A DNA stretch of 61,406 nucleotides, filler included. It is 7 parts of 7 records of this genome, joined end to end, with 100 filler letters (N's around TTAATTAATTAA, not from the genome) between each part and the next. Parts side by side here need not be neighbours in the genome. Positions count along the whole stretch, not along the records: positions 14,167 to 19,171 come from SRR20825010_1973; positions 19,272 to 23,064 come from SRR20825010_1977; positions 23,165 to 48,177 come from SRR20825010_1985; 4 more parts are not named here. One strand, given 5' to 3'. This document shows positions 18,936 to 28,651 of this stretch, piece after piece; positions within the stretch are counted from its first letter, which is position 1, and every line of letters starts with the position of its first letter. The position numbers and the translations under genes were made by a program. Below the pieces are notes generated by a model that ran no database searches, was not told the origin of the DNA, and saw only the letters and a list, made by a program, of their open reading frames with translations.

Positions 18936-19171
18936 TCAGTGAAACTGCAGTGTAGCGCGCAAAAATGTCCGCGTTTCAAAACGGTTGGCCTGCTTGAACT
19001 CCACGTAATCGCCACCGAGGTTCTGACCAATCAATTCCAGCTTCAAATCGGCATTGCGCAGCGGGAACTGGCGGGCAATCCGCACATCAAGCCGTCGATA
19101 GGCATCAGTTTCGGAGCCCCACAGAATCCAGACCATATCGTCGAGATAGTAATAACCGGCACTCACCTGCC
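18936..19171 (-). CDS. C-terminal fragment of a probable TonB-dependent receptor
   Basis: RLDVRIARQF...QNL...R.F...LQFH has the alternating beta-strand pattern and aromatic C-terminus of TBDR barrels. The 5' end is cut by the spacer. Confidence 0.6.
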
Positions 19172-19271
19172 NNNNNNNNNNNNNNNNNNNNNNNNNNNNN
19201 NNNNNNNNNNNNNNNTTAATTAATTAANNNNNNNNNNNNNNNNNNNNNNNNNNNNNNNNNNNNNNNNNNNN
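19172..19271. other. artificial contig spacer
   Basis: N-runs with TTAATTAATTAA at 19216-19227. Confidence 0.98.
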
Positions 19272-19322
19272 CCTCCCGGGCGGCCGCCAAAACCCCCGCA
19301 TCCGCAACAGGAAGGCATCATC

Positions 19323-20060
19323 GTGTCATCCCGCTCTTTCAATTTGCCAACGCCTTTCCGTGCGGTCGTCATCGGCGGTACCGGCGGCATTGGCGGCGCC
19401 ATTTCCGAGGCTTTTCTAGAGCTCGGCGCCGAGCTTGTCGCAACCGGCGCATCCGAGGCGGAAATCGGCGCTTCGGCGCTTTCCGGCCGTAACGGCGTCA
19501 CGCTCGCATCGCTGGATGTCACCGATGATGCGGCCGTGAAAGCCCTTGCCGCGCAGTATGATCGCGTCGATGCCCTGATCAATTGCGCCGGCATTCTGCG
19601 GCGGGACGAGGAATTCGATATCGCGGTGTTCCAGAAGGTGATCGACGTGAACCTCACCGGGGCGATGCGCTGCTGCACGGCTTTTCGTTCGGCCCTTGCC
19701 GCCGCAAAGGGATCGATCGTCAATATCGCTTCCATGAATGCGTTCGCAGCCCTGCCGCGGCTGCCGGCCTATTGCGCGTCCAAGGGCGGGCTGGTGATGC
19801 TGACCCGTGCGCTCGCCCATGCCTGGGCCGAGGAGGGCATCCGCGTCAACGCCGTTGCGCCGGGTTATATTGAAACCGCGATCAACGCCGAGGGGCGCAA
19901 GGACAGCGAACATTACAACCGCATTGCCGCCCGCACCGCGCTGAAGCGCTGGGGAAAGCCGGATGACGTTGCCGGCACGGTCGTCTATCTGTGCATGCCG
20001 GCGGCGGGCTATGTAACCGGCAGCGTCGCCATGGTCGACGGCGGCTTTCTGGCCGGGTGA
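19323..20060 (+). CDS. short-chain dehydrogenase/reductase
   Basis: GGTGGIG, NCAG, YCASK, VNAVAPG and DGG motifs. Confidence 0.93.
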   Translation: MSSRSFNLPTPFRAVVIGGTGGIGGAISEAFLELGAELVATGASEAEIGASALSGRNGVTLASLDVTDDAAVKALAAQYDRVDALINCAGILRRDEEFDIAVFQKVIDVNLTGAMRCCTAFRSALAAAKGSIVNIASMNAFAALPRLPAYCASKGGLVMLTRALAHAWAEEGIRVNAVAPGYIETAINAEGRKDSEHYNRIAARTALKRWGKPDDVAGTVVYLCMPAAGYVTGSVAMVDGGFLAG

Positions 20061-20069
20061 GGGGAACCG

Positions 20070-20939
20070 ATGAGCAGGAATGAAGAACATCGAGGGCAAC
20101 TGGCGGCCATGTCGCTGCCGGCGCTCCTATTCACCATCGGCATGATCGCCTTTCCGGTGGTCTATACGGTGTGGCTGAGCTTCCAGAGCTTTTCGTCCAC
20201 GGGGCAGGTGCGCGGATACGGAGCCGTCAATTTTGTCCGCATGGTGGGTGACGACCAGTTCTGGAACGGCATCTGGGTCACCTTCTACCTCTATTTTCTG
20301 TCGCTTGCCCTGCAGCTCGTGCTTGGCACCGGGCTGGCGCTGCTGCTGTTCCGCGCCAAGCGGCTTCCCGGCATCATCCGCTCGCTGTTCATTTCGCCGT
20401 TCATGATCCCGCCGGTGGTGGCCGGCATGATGTGGCTGGTGATCCTTGATCCGTCGCTGGGCGCCGCCAATTACATCCTGACCTCGCTTGGCCTTCCGCC
20501 ATCGGCATGGCTTGCCTCGCCCATGTGGGTGGTGCCGACGCTGGCGATGATCGATACCTGGCAGTGGACGCCCTATGTCGCGCTGATCGTGCTTGGCGGG
20601 CTGCAATCGCTGCCGCCCTCTGTCTACGAGGCCGCCGAAATCGATGGCGCGCCACGCGGAAAGGTGTTCTGGCGCATCACGCTGCCGTTGCTGCTGCCGA
20701 CGCTGGTGACCGCGATGGTGCTGCGCTCGGTCGACCTGCTGCGCTTTTTCGACCTGATCTACATCACCACCCAGGGCGGCCCTTCCGACCGCTCGATGAC
20801 GCTCAACATCTACGGCTTCCGCACCGGCTTCGAGTTCTTCCAGCTCGGCTATGCGAGCGCGTTGATGATCACGCTTTCGGCGCTCGTCTTCGGGGCGGTG
20901 ATTGTCCTCAACCGGCTTCGCGCCGCGGTGGAGTGGTAA
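20070..20939 (+). CDS. carbohydrate ABC transporter permease 1
   Basis: Multiple TM segments, WQWTP and EAAEIDGA (EAA loop), ITLPLL. Confidence 0.93.
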   Translation: MSRNEEHRGQLAAMSLPALLFTIGMIAFPVVYTVWLSFQSFSSTGQVRGYGAVNFVRMVGDDQFWNGIWVTFYLYFLSLALQLVLGTGLALLLFRAKRLPGIIRSLFISPFMIPPVVAGMMWLVILDPSLGAANYILTSLGLPPSAWLASPMWVVPTLAMIDTWQWTPYVALIVLGGLQSLPPSVYEAAEIDGAPRGKVFWRITLPLLLPTLVTAMVLRSVDLLRFFDLIYITTQGGPSDRSMTLNIYGFRTGFEFFQLGYASALMITLSALVFGAVIVLNRLRAAVEW

Positions 20940-20940
20940 G

Positions 20941-21768
20941 ATGAGTAACAGACCTTCCGATTCCCGCTGGCTCGACGGCGTCAATATCGTGCTTCTGGTG
21001 CTGGCCGGCATGATCGTCATGGCGCCGACGGCGTGGATGATCCTGTCCTCGTTCAAGCACAGCTACGAGGTCACGGCCTATCCGCCGACGCTGATCTTCG
21101 AACCGACGCTGGAAAACTACCGTACCCTCAACAGCACCGTGCCGTTCGTGCGCTACACCATCAACTCGCTGGTGGTGACGATCGGCTCGACCACCCTTGG
21201 CCTGCTGCTCGGCGCGCCGGCAGCCTTCGTCGCCTCGTGGACGCGGATCACCTGGCCGGCGGTGGTGACGCTGATGGCGCGGATGGCGCCGGGCACGCTG
21301 TTCCTGCTGCCCTGGTATGTGATGTTTCGCCAGGTCGACATGATCGGCAGCTACTGGGCGCTGATCCTGACCCATGCCGTCATCACCATGCCGGTGGTGA
21401 TCTGGGTGCTGCTGCCCTATTTCGACGGCATTCCGCGCTCGGTGTTCGAGGCGGCCCAGGTCGATGGCTGCTCGCCGGCGCGGATTTTCCGGCGCATCGC
21501 CCTGCCGCTGGTGTCTTCAGGGCTTGCGGTCTCGGCGATCCTGGCCTTCATCTTCTCCTGGAATTTCTTTCTGTTCGCGCTGGTGCTCAGCAATTCCAAG
21601 ACCAAGACGCTGATTGCCGCCTCCTTCAATTTCATAGGCGAGGGCTCGACCAATTGGGGCGGGCTGATGGCTGCGGCGACGATTATCGCGCTGCCGCCGC
21701 TGATCCTCGCGGCTGTCGTCCAGCGCTGGCTGATTTCGGGCCTGACGCTCGGTGCGGTGAAAGGATGA
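20941..21768 (+). CDS. carbohydrate ABC transporter permease 2
   Basis: PTLENY, EAAQVDGC, FIFSWN and a [10 protein letters not shown]-terminus. ATG 20941 follows the previous stop. Confidence 0.93.
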   Translation: MSNRPSDSRWLDGVNIVLLVLAGMIVMAPTAWMILSSFKHSYEVTAYPPTLIFEPTLENYRTLNSTVPFVRYTINSLVVTIGSTTLGLLLGAPAAFVASWTRITWPAVVTLMARMAPGTLFLLPWYVMFRQVDMIGSYWALILTHAVITMPVVIWVLLPYFDGIPRSVFEAAQVDGCSPARIFRRIALPLVSSGLAVSAILAFIFSWNFFLFALVLSNSKTKTLIAASFNFIGEGSTNWGGLMAAATIIALPPLILAAVVQRWLISGLTLGAVKG

Positions 21769-22778
21769 CCATGACGATTTCCAACGAAGCTCCCGCCATG
21801 CGCGCCGCTGATTTTCAGGGCGACGACCGGATCGCGATAGTGACCGTTCCGCGTCCGGTTCCGGGTGAAGGCGAGGCGCTGGTGAAGATCGCCCGCACTG
21901 CGCTGTGCGGTTCCGATTTCAAGCTCTGGCATAATGGTTCGCAGCATATCGCCGGCCACGAGATCGCCGGCTATGTGGAACAGCCCGGCCACAAGCTCGA
22001 TGGCCGCCTGTGCGCGATATATATTCCGCTTCATTGCGGGCATTGCGATCCCTGCAAGGCCGGCCACACCCAAAGCTGCGTCACGGTTTCCTCGCTGATC
22101 GGCTGGAACCGCGATGGCGGATATGCCGAATATGTCACGGTCCCCGACAATTGCCTGCTGCCGGTGCCCGACGATATCGCGGACGATCTCGCGCCGCTGC
22201 TGCTCGACACGATCGGCACCTCCGCCCACGCGTTGCGCGAGGCGGGCCGTCATCTTGCCACCGAACGACCGAAAGTGCTGGTCACCGGTGCCGGGCCGGT
22301 CGGCCTTGGTGTTGTGCTCGCGGCGCAAGCGCTTGGCTATGACGCCGTGCATGTCTCCGAGCCCAATCCGGAACGGGCAAGGCTTGCGGAGGAATTCGGC
22401 GCCATCCTCGTTCCGGTCGGGAGCAAAGAGCATCGTTTCGACCTCATTGTCGAATGCTCGGGCAACCATGCGGCGCGCAATCTGGCGATCGAACTGGTCC
22501 TGCCCAAGGGGGTGATCGTGCTGGTTGGCGAGAATGCCGCGCCGTGGACCATCACCGAGGACAAGGTCTTCCGCCGCAAGGATTTCGTGATGCTGCGCAC
22601 CTTCTATTTCCCCAAGGGCGATTTCGACGCCAATGTCGAACTGCTGCGCGCCAACCGGGAAAGATACGCCCGCTTCGTCGATGACGCCTTTCCGCTTGAT
22701 GCGCTGCCGGAAAAGTTCGCGCATTTCGCTGAAGGCCGCTCGATCAAACCTGTCCTGTCATTCGGGGAGCAAAGCTGA
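21765..22778 (+). CDS. Zn-dependent (MDR) alcohol/polyol dehydrogenase
   Basis: CGSD and GHE catalytic Zn ligands, CGHCDPC...C structural Zn site, GAGPVG. The true start is an ATGA overlap at 21765; the 581-aa ORF is a 5' over-extension. Confidence 0.9.
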   Translation: MTMTISNEAPAMRAADFQGDDRIAIVTVPRPVPGEGEALVKIARTALCGSDFKLWHNGSQHIAGHEIAGYVEQPGHKLDGRLCAIYIPLHCGHCDPCKAGHTQSCVTVSSLIGWNRDGGYAEYVTVPDNCLLPVPDDIADDLAPLLLDTIGTSAHALREAGRHLATERPKVLVTGAGPVGLGVVLAAQALGYDAVHVSEPNPERARLAEEFGAILVPVGSKEHRFDLIVECSGNHAARNLAIELVLPKGVIVLVGENAAPWTITEDKVFRRKDFVMLRTFYFPKGDFDANVELLRANRERYARFVDDAFPLDALPEKFAHFAEGRSIKPVLSFGEQS

Positions 22779-23064
22779 TGGCTTCGATCTCGGTCCGCAA
22801 TCTCGTCAAGAGCTATGGCCAGCACGAGGTGATTTCAGGCCTCAACCTGGAAATCGCCGATGAGGAATTCATCGTGCTCGTCGGGCCGTCTGGCTGCGGC
22901 AAGTCGACGTTGCTGCGCATCATGGCGGGGCTGGAATCGATCAATGGCGGTGAGCTGAGGATTGGCGACAAGCTGGTCAACAATACGCCCGCCGCCAAGC
23001 GCGATATCGCCATGGTGTTTCAGGACTACGCGCTCTATCCGCATATGACGGTGCGCCAGAACAT
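22778..23064 (+). CDS. sugar ABC transporter ATPase (MalK/UgpC type), truncated
   Basis: GPSGCGKST and [18 protein letters not shown]. Confidence 0.92.
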
Positions 23065-23164
23065 NNNNNNNNNNNNNNNNNNNNNNNNNNNNNNNNNNNN
23101 NNNNNNNNTTAATTAATTAANNNNNNNNNNNNNNNNNNNNNNNNNNNNNNNNNNNNNNNNNNNN
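23065..23164. other. artificial contig spacer
   Basis: N-runs with TTAATTAATTAA at 23109-23120. Confidence 0.98.
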
Positions 23165-24593
23165 AGATTGTTCGAATCCGAGGTGCCAAGTCCATCACCA
23201 TTCCACTCGCCGTTCCACCAGAAAGCGAACCAATGATGTAGACCGACGGAATCCGGTCACCACAGACCGCAGCCAAGTGATCAATCGATTCGCGAAGCCC
23301 CGAGTCGATGGTTTTCGCGTGATCAATCATCGCCAACCGACCCAATGGACGCATGCCTTCGGTCGTACCGCTGCGAGGCACGTTGTAAATCCAACGACGT
23401 GACAACGATCGGAAGTGATCAGTCCGTCCTTCGCGGTATTGCTGAGCCGATTTGAGCGGTGTGTGCAGAATTGTCGCCGGCGGAATGCGGTCCGATGCTT
23501 CTGCCAAACGAGCCGCGTGAATGGTATGCATGTCCGTGTCGATCAACACCGAATGCAAATCCAAGGGGCATGCACTATGCAAGGTCGCAACGCGGCTACG
23601 CAGTTCATGCAAGCATTCTGCTCCGACGCCACCAACGGCGACCACCAAGGCGTGTCCCGTCACACGGGCGTGGACCATCGCCTTTCCCGACTTCAGACTT
23701 GGCAAGTCTTCGACGGCTTCCTGGCGAGTCCGAATGCTTGGTTTGGTCGAAGTATGGATGGCCGTCTCATCGCGACCACGGGTCGTTCGCAAAGCTTCGA
23801 CGAAGTCCTTGCACGAGTCGAAACGACGTTCCGGGTCTTTCTCCAATGCTCGCGCCACCGCCACACGATCGGCTGCTGGCAATGAATCCAACACGGGTGC
23901 GGCATGGATGTGCTGCGTTGCCAATTGCGCAATCGTACGACCGGAGAATGGACGCGTACCGGTCAACAACTCTTGATACATCACCGCGAGCGAATACTGA
24001 TCGCTGTTGATGCATGGCCGACCGTCAAACAACTCCGGCGGAGCGTAGATGGGTGTCAATCCGCCAATCACCGAGTGATCGATCTCTCGCAGATCTTTGA
24101 GTAACCCAAAGTCACCGACTTTGACGTGCCCACCGACCAACAACAAATTTCCTGGCTTCACGTCGAGGTGCTGCAGTTGATAGCTGCCGTGCAAGTAATC
24201 CAAAGCATCCGCTGCATCGTGCAGATACGACAACAAAGCAGCCCGGGGAATGCCGCACGAACCACGGTCTTGGTGTCGTTTCAATACGTCTTCGAGCGAT
24301 CCGTCAGCCAGTTCCGTGACGATCACCAAGCGATCGTCCACGATTCCAAATCGCTCCAGAGTCAACAGAAACGGGTGGTGAACTCCCTTGATTCGCTCCA
24401 ACGATTTCAGCTCACGCGAACCGCGTCTGGCGTCGTTGGCACCAAACACAAACTTGACCGCTTTCTTCAATCCGCCTGGCGCATTGGCCAACCAAACTTC
24501 ACCAAAGCCGCCTTCACCAATCTTTTTCTCCAGCGTGTAGCCGGTGATTGGTTCGTATCCGGGAGCGATCGTTTGGGTTGTCTTGACGGTCAT
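23165..24593 (-). CDS. Ser/Thr protein kinase fused to a tubulin/FtsZ-like (Tubulin_2/FtsZl1-type) domain, truncated at the 3' end
   Basis: Kinase motifs: IGEGGFGEV, KAVK, HLDVKPGN, DFG, YAPPE. Then VVAVGGVG, LIDTD, GMRPLGRLA and GSLSGGTASG, matching tubulin/FtsZ loops T1, T2, T3 and the T4 signature. Confidence 0.85.
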
Positions 24594-24735
24594 CGGGCGA
24601 CTGTGAACGACATTGTTGAGCGGCGAATGGAAAAGTTGGTTCGGCGCGAATTCTTTGATGGAATCCGCTGCTTTCGAAAAATCAGTAGACGTCGAGCATT
24701 CCCTGTTGAAGGGTCAGCCACGCCTAGAACAAAAC

Positions 24736-26136
24736 CTAGAGAGCACTGAAGTAACTACGGCATGCTTGATCGAGGTACTCCGGACGTAACGTCAAAGGCA
24801 ATCGACGGTAACGACAGAAGTTAGCGACCTGCGTCAGCAAATCTCGCGGGTGGCATCGACGCGGTGGTCGATTGTTTTGCTTGTAGTAGGCGAGCAAATG
24901 GTTGGCGGCTTCGGGTGTCTCAGGGAAACCCATTTGCGAAGCGACTGTTTTCATGAGCGACCGAAACTCGTCGGGCGACGGGTCGTTCACAAAAATCTTG
25001 TAGGGGACGCGGCGAAGAAACGCTTCGTCAACAAGGTCGTCCGGGTTCAAATTGGTCGAGAACAAGATGAGCTGCTCAAACGGGATCTGAATCTTCTTAC
25101 CCGTTGGCAACGTCAAGTAATCGCATCGATTTTCCAGCGGCACAATCCACCGGTTGAGCAACTCTTCCGGAGCAATTCGTTGACGACCAAAGTCATCGAT
25201 CAACAGACAACCGCAGTTGCTTTTCATCTGAAGCGGTGCTTCGCAGATATTGGATCGATGATCGTGGCGAACTTCGAGGTTCTCCATTACCAATTCACCG
25301 CCAACAACGACGCTGGGTCGTTGAATTCGCACCCAACGCTTGTCCCATTCTTGCGCCTTCAACAACTGACCGTCGCCTTCCGGCACAGGCGCTTCTTGGT
25401 GATAGGCATCGTCTTTGACTTTGATCAAATTGCCGTCATCCAGAATCGCATGGGGGATCCAGATTTCCTGTCCCAAACACTGGGTCAAGCTTCGAGCGAT
25501 GGTGGTCTTTCCATTGCCGGGAGGACCGAACAGGAACATCCCAGTGTTGCTATTGATCGCGGGACCAATCTGGTCGAGCAATTCGTCCTGGTAGGAGATC
25601 TTCGAAAGTGAAGCTTGCAAATCATCTCGCTCGATGGGATCGACACCGGCGGCTTGAGCTTCCACGCTGAGTGTGTAATCAGCCAATGGCACGGGTGCTG
25701 GCCCGATGTAGCTGCATTGCTGAAGGTGAGTCTGCGCCCGCTTTTGTCCCAGTTCGGTCAGCGAGTAGTAATAGTCGTTGAACGCTGCCGGTCGCACGTG
25801 AGCAACAAACTTGCGAGTCCGAAGCGCATCAACGATGGGTTCCACCAAACGAAACGGCAATCCCATCATCGTCGCCACATTGCGACCGCTGATGGTTCCG
25901 ATTTGATGAATCGACTTGATCGTCAACGCTTCGATAAAGCTGACCGACAGGCCGAGTTCATTCAGCGAGCGGGGTTCCGCCGGCCAAAACGTATCGTCCG
26001 TCAACAAACCGCCCAACGCGGCTGATTCGAAGTTGTGTGTGTCGGTTAGCAGGGCATTCATGCGTGAAGCAAGCATTTGGAGTTGTTTGCATTGGTTCCG
26101 AACAACCCACCCCAGCGGGACGAGATCGTTGGCCAT
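24736..26136 (-). CDS. uncharacterised AAA-family ATPase with a probable N-terminal winged helix
   Basis: GPPGNGKT Walker A, LLIDDFGRQ Walker B, FSTN sensor 1 and DEAFLRR arginine finger. The start may be at 26076. Confidence 0.85.
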   Translation of the reverse strand: MANDLVPLGWVVRNQCKQLQMLASRMNALLTDTHNFESAALGGLLTDDTFWPAEPRSLNELGLSVSFIEALTIKSIHQIGTISGRNVATMMGLPFRLVEPIVDALRTRKFVAHVRPAAFNDYYYSLTELGQKRAQTHLQQCSYIGPAPVPLADYTLSVEAQAAGVDPIERDDLQASLSKISYQDELLDQIGPAINSNTGMFLFGPPGNGKTTIARSLTQCLGQEIWIPHAILDDGNLIKVKDDAYHQEAPVPEGDGQLLKAQEWDKRWVRIQRPSVVVGGELVMENLEVRHDHRSNICEAPLQMKSNCGCLLIDDFGRQRIAPEELLNRWIVPLENRCDYLTLPTGKKIQIPFEQLILFSTNLNPDDLVDEAFLRRVPYKIFVNDPSPDEFRSLMKTVASQMGFPETPEAANHLLAYYKQNNRPPRRCHPRDLLTQVANFCRYRRLPLTLRPEYLDQACRSYFSAL

Positions 26137-26196
26137 GCAAACCTAGCTTGCGATTCGAGCCCGAACTGCAACCTGCCTTCATAGTGAACATATCTA

Positions 26197-27039
26197 TCAA
26201 TCCACCACCAAGCGTGCCGCAACAATCGCCGCAGCCGTTTCAATCCTCAAAATCCGCCGCCCCAATCCAATGGATTCTGCTCCGACGTCGACGCATCTCT
26301 GATGCTCCGCCTCCGACAACCCACCCTCCGGGCCTATCAATGCCAGCGTTCTCGGTCGGCCATTCAAACCGGATTGCCCTGTGTTGAGTTGTCCCACGTC
26401 GGTTTGTCCCACGCCCGTTTGGCCCGCGCCGGTTTGCCTCACGCCGGTTGGCTCAACATCCGTTGCACTCAGCGGCGGTGAGTCCGGCATCGCGACCAAC
26501 ACCCGTTGCCAACTCCATTGACGCGGCTGTGGATCTTCCTCGTCGTTGGTCGCGCTGCTTGCGGCAAGTGTCTCGGTGAAGCTAACGAAGTCGATTGGTG
26601 ATTCGATTGTCATCAGAACGTTGCGTCCCGATTGCTTGCACGACTCGATCACGATCCTTCGAAGCTTGTCGAGAAAATTTTCCTTAGGAGGCCGCTGGGT
26701 TCTTTCGAAGACGATTGGAAACACACGCGCAACGCCCAGCTCGGTCAACCGCTCGATCATTTCCTTGGCTCGATCCGGTTTGGGCAAACCGATCGCAAGG
26801 TCGACCGCGATGCTGGGCTCCCGATCCACGGCCTCGATCGCATCGCACCGGACAACACATTCCCGTTTGCTGACTGATACGACTTCCGCATCAGACTGAT
26901 GCCCGCACCCGTCAAACAACTCGATCCGGTCACCTATTTGCACCCTCATGACTCGCGACGCGTGCGACGCCTCTTCATCAGGCAGTTGCACAACGGGTGC
27001 TTGGGTTTGTAGATCGGGAACGTAATAGCGTCGGGTCAT
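26197..27039 (-). CDS. rsmE: 16S rRNA m3U1498 methyltransferase
   Basis: HASRVMR, ERLTELGV, ESCKQSGR, IGPEGG and LGRRILRIETAA motifs. Confidence 0.93.
   Translation of the reverse strand: MTRRYYVPDLQTQAPVVQLPDEEASHASRVMRVQIGDRIELFDGCGHQSDAEVVSVSKRECVVRCDAIEAVDREPSIAVDLAIGLPKPDRAKEMIERLTELGVARVFPIVFERTQRPPKENFLDKLRRIVIESCKQSGRNVLMTIESPIDFVSFTETLAASSATNDEEDPQPRQWSWQRVLVAMPDSPPLSATDVEPTGVRQTGAGQTGVGQTDVGQLNTGQSGLNGRPRTLALIGPEGGLSEAEHQRCVDVGAESIGLGRRILRIETAAAIVAARLVVD
26374..26448 (-). repeat. 15-bp degenerate tandem repeat inside rsmE (TGVRQ-TGAGQ-TGVGQ-TDVGQ-LNTGQ)
   Basis: Units ttgtcccacgtcggt, ttgtcccacgcccgt, ttggcccgcgccggt and ttgcctcacgccggt at 26389-26448, plus a weaker unit at 26374-26388. 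Confidence 0.8.
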
Positions 27040-27293
27040 CGCGAGCGGTTCAGCAGGATTCGAAAAGATACAAAAAAGACAAAAGGTACAATCGTGCCGG
27101 TTGCATCGATCGGTGCAAGGTAACCGAAACGGAAAGCGATCGGCGAGCGGGTCAGTCGATCTGACTGACTAGCGAACCCCAGTGGTGCCTCAAACCAACC
27201 AAAGATTCTTGACTCAGATTGCTGCCACGTCAGCTTCGGTCATGCATCTCCCCGCTGGGTCAGCCGATTCTTTTCCGAGAGAGACCGCCGTCG

Positions 27294-28070
27294 ATGCCGA
27301 TCCCGTTGCTCAGCCCGGCCGATCAAAGCCACTGGGGATTGTTCCGCCAACCATTCGCCGATTCTCCCGCGGTGAACGTTCCATCGCGGCCAGATGAGTT
27401 TCTATACGCGTCCGCAGAACATTCGCAGGCTCGGATCTGGTTGGAAACCATTCTGCGAAACAAGGTCGGAATCGCGAAGTTGAACATCTGCCCGGGAGTT
27501 GGCGCAACCACGTGGGCCAGACAGTGGATGGCAACACACGGTTTGGCTGATCTACCGCTGGACGTTTTGGGAACAGAGGCAACAAAATTTGACCATGACG
27601 TTTGTCAGCAATGGCTGTCGATTGCAAGAAGCAATCGGCCCCTTGGCATTCACACGTTGTGCATCGTCGACGGAACACCCGACCAGGCAACGATTCAGTG
27701 GTACAAGCAGTCCTTGAAGCTCGATCCGCGATGCAGCCCAATGACGTTGCTCCTGATGGGTCCAGAAACCTCTTCTGGCGTCAGTTATACCATGAGCGTT
27801 TCCACAGATTCGCTTGCCCGTTGTCTCGCAGCAGCGCTGTCACACGCCGGTCAGCTCCGACCTCGCGTCACCGAAGACGCCGTGAAGCTGATCGCTGAAT
27901 GGGCCAACGAAGACTATCGTCAACTGGCGTTTTGGACGCACGTCGTGTTGGCATGGGGAGCACGCGAAAGATGTCAACATATCGACGAACGAACGATCCA
28001 TCGGCTGGATCAACAACGCCAAGCTTGGACTTCTGAAACAGCTGCTCAGCGGAGCTCGGCTGCGGCCTGA
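27294..28070 (+). CDS. hypothetical protein resembling a degenerate ExeA/GspA-type ATPase
   Basis: N-terminal HWGLFRQPF, a Walker-A-like PGVGATT lacking Lys, CIVDG, LLLMG and C-terminal TEDAVKLIAEWA..YRQL. The start is uncertain (27219 or 27294). Confidence 0.5.
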   Translation: MPIPLLSPADQSHWGLFRQPFADSPAVNVPSRPDEFLYASAEHSQARIWLETILRNKVGIAKLNICPGVGATTWARQWMATHGLADLPLDVLGTEATKFDHDVCQQWLSIARSNRPLGIHTLCIVDGTPDQATIQWYKQSLKLDPRCSPMTLLLMGPETSSGVSYTMSVSTDSLARCLAAALSHAGQLRPRVTEDAVKLIAEWANEDYRQLAFWTHVVLAWGARERCQHIDERTIHRLDQQRQAWTSETAAQRSSAAA

Positions 28071-28651
28071 TCAACGAACGTCACTCGCCACGAATGTGGT
28101 TGGTGGTCGCTTTCGTCCGGGTCAAAAGAATGATCCGCCGCGAAAGATTCGAAGTCGGAGGGGACAAACGTTCCGCGATTGATGATCCGCGAATAGACGG
28201 GATCGACTTGTTTGTACCCCGAATCCAGCGGTGTCAAACAATGGTCATCGCTCCATGCGGCACCAAGTTCGCTTAAGTCGTCGACCGTGCCATTTTGGTT
28301 ATCATCCCAGCCGTCCCAACCTGGTTTGCCATCGGCACCCGACACGATCCACACTTCCGCGTTGGGATCGAATCGCTGAACAGAATCAAGCTTCCATGAT
28401 CGAGATGCAGCAACCGATGGCTCTGTCGAGCTGGCATCACCAAAATACGCCAACACCTGAACGCTATGCAGGTTCTGCGGACCGGAGACATGTCCGCGTG
28501 TCTTCAGTTCATCAGTGATTTGGCGGAGCAACTCGGTGCGAGTCACGTCGGCAACCGAGGTGGAATTGGTCACGCCGGCGGACAGCCACAACCCACGCCA
28601 AACGCATCCCACTACAACGACAACAACCATCAAGACGTTGCCGCGATTCAT
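28046..28651 (-). CDS. hypothetical exported/membrane protein with a Gly/Asp-rich motif
   Basis: Hydrophobic N-terminus and GADGKPGWDGWDDNQNGTVDDLSELG. The ATG overlaps the upstream stop. Confidence 0.65.
   Translation of the reverse strand: MNRGNVLMVVVVVVGCVWRGLWLSAGVTNSTSVADVTRTELLRQITDELKTRGHVSGPQNLHSVQVLAYFGDASSTEPSVAASRSWKLDSVQRFDPNAEVWIVSGADGKPGWDGWDDNQNGTVDDLSELGAAWSDDHCLTPLDSGYKQVDPVYSRIINRGTFVPSDFESFAADHSFDPDESDHQPHSWRVTFVDQAAAELR

Noticed and set aside
21033-21764. Apparent 244-aa N-terminal extension of the Zn-dehydrogenase (581-aa ORF)
   Set aside because: Out-of-frame overlap with the permease and Arg/Ala-rich noise. The real start is the ATGA overlap at 21765.
23165-24593. Canonical ftsZ or a eukaryotic tubulin contaminant
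   Set aside because: It is kinase-fused, has a divergent signature (SGGTASG), has no dcw genes nearby and sits in a bacterial gene context.
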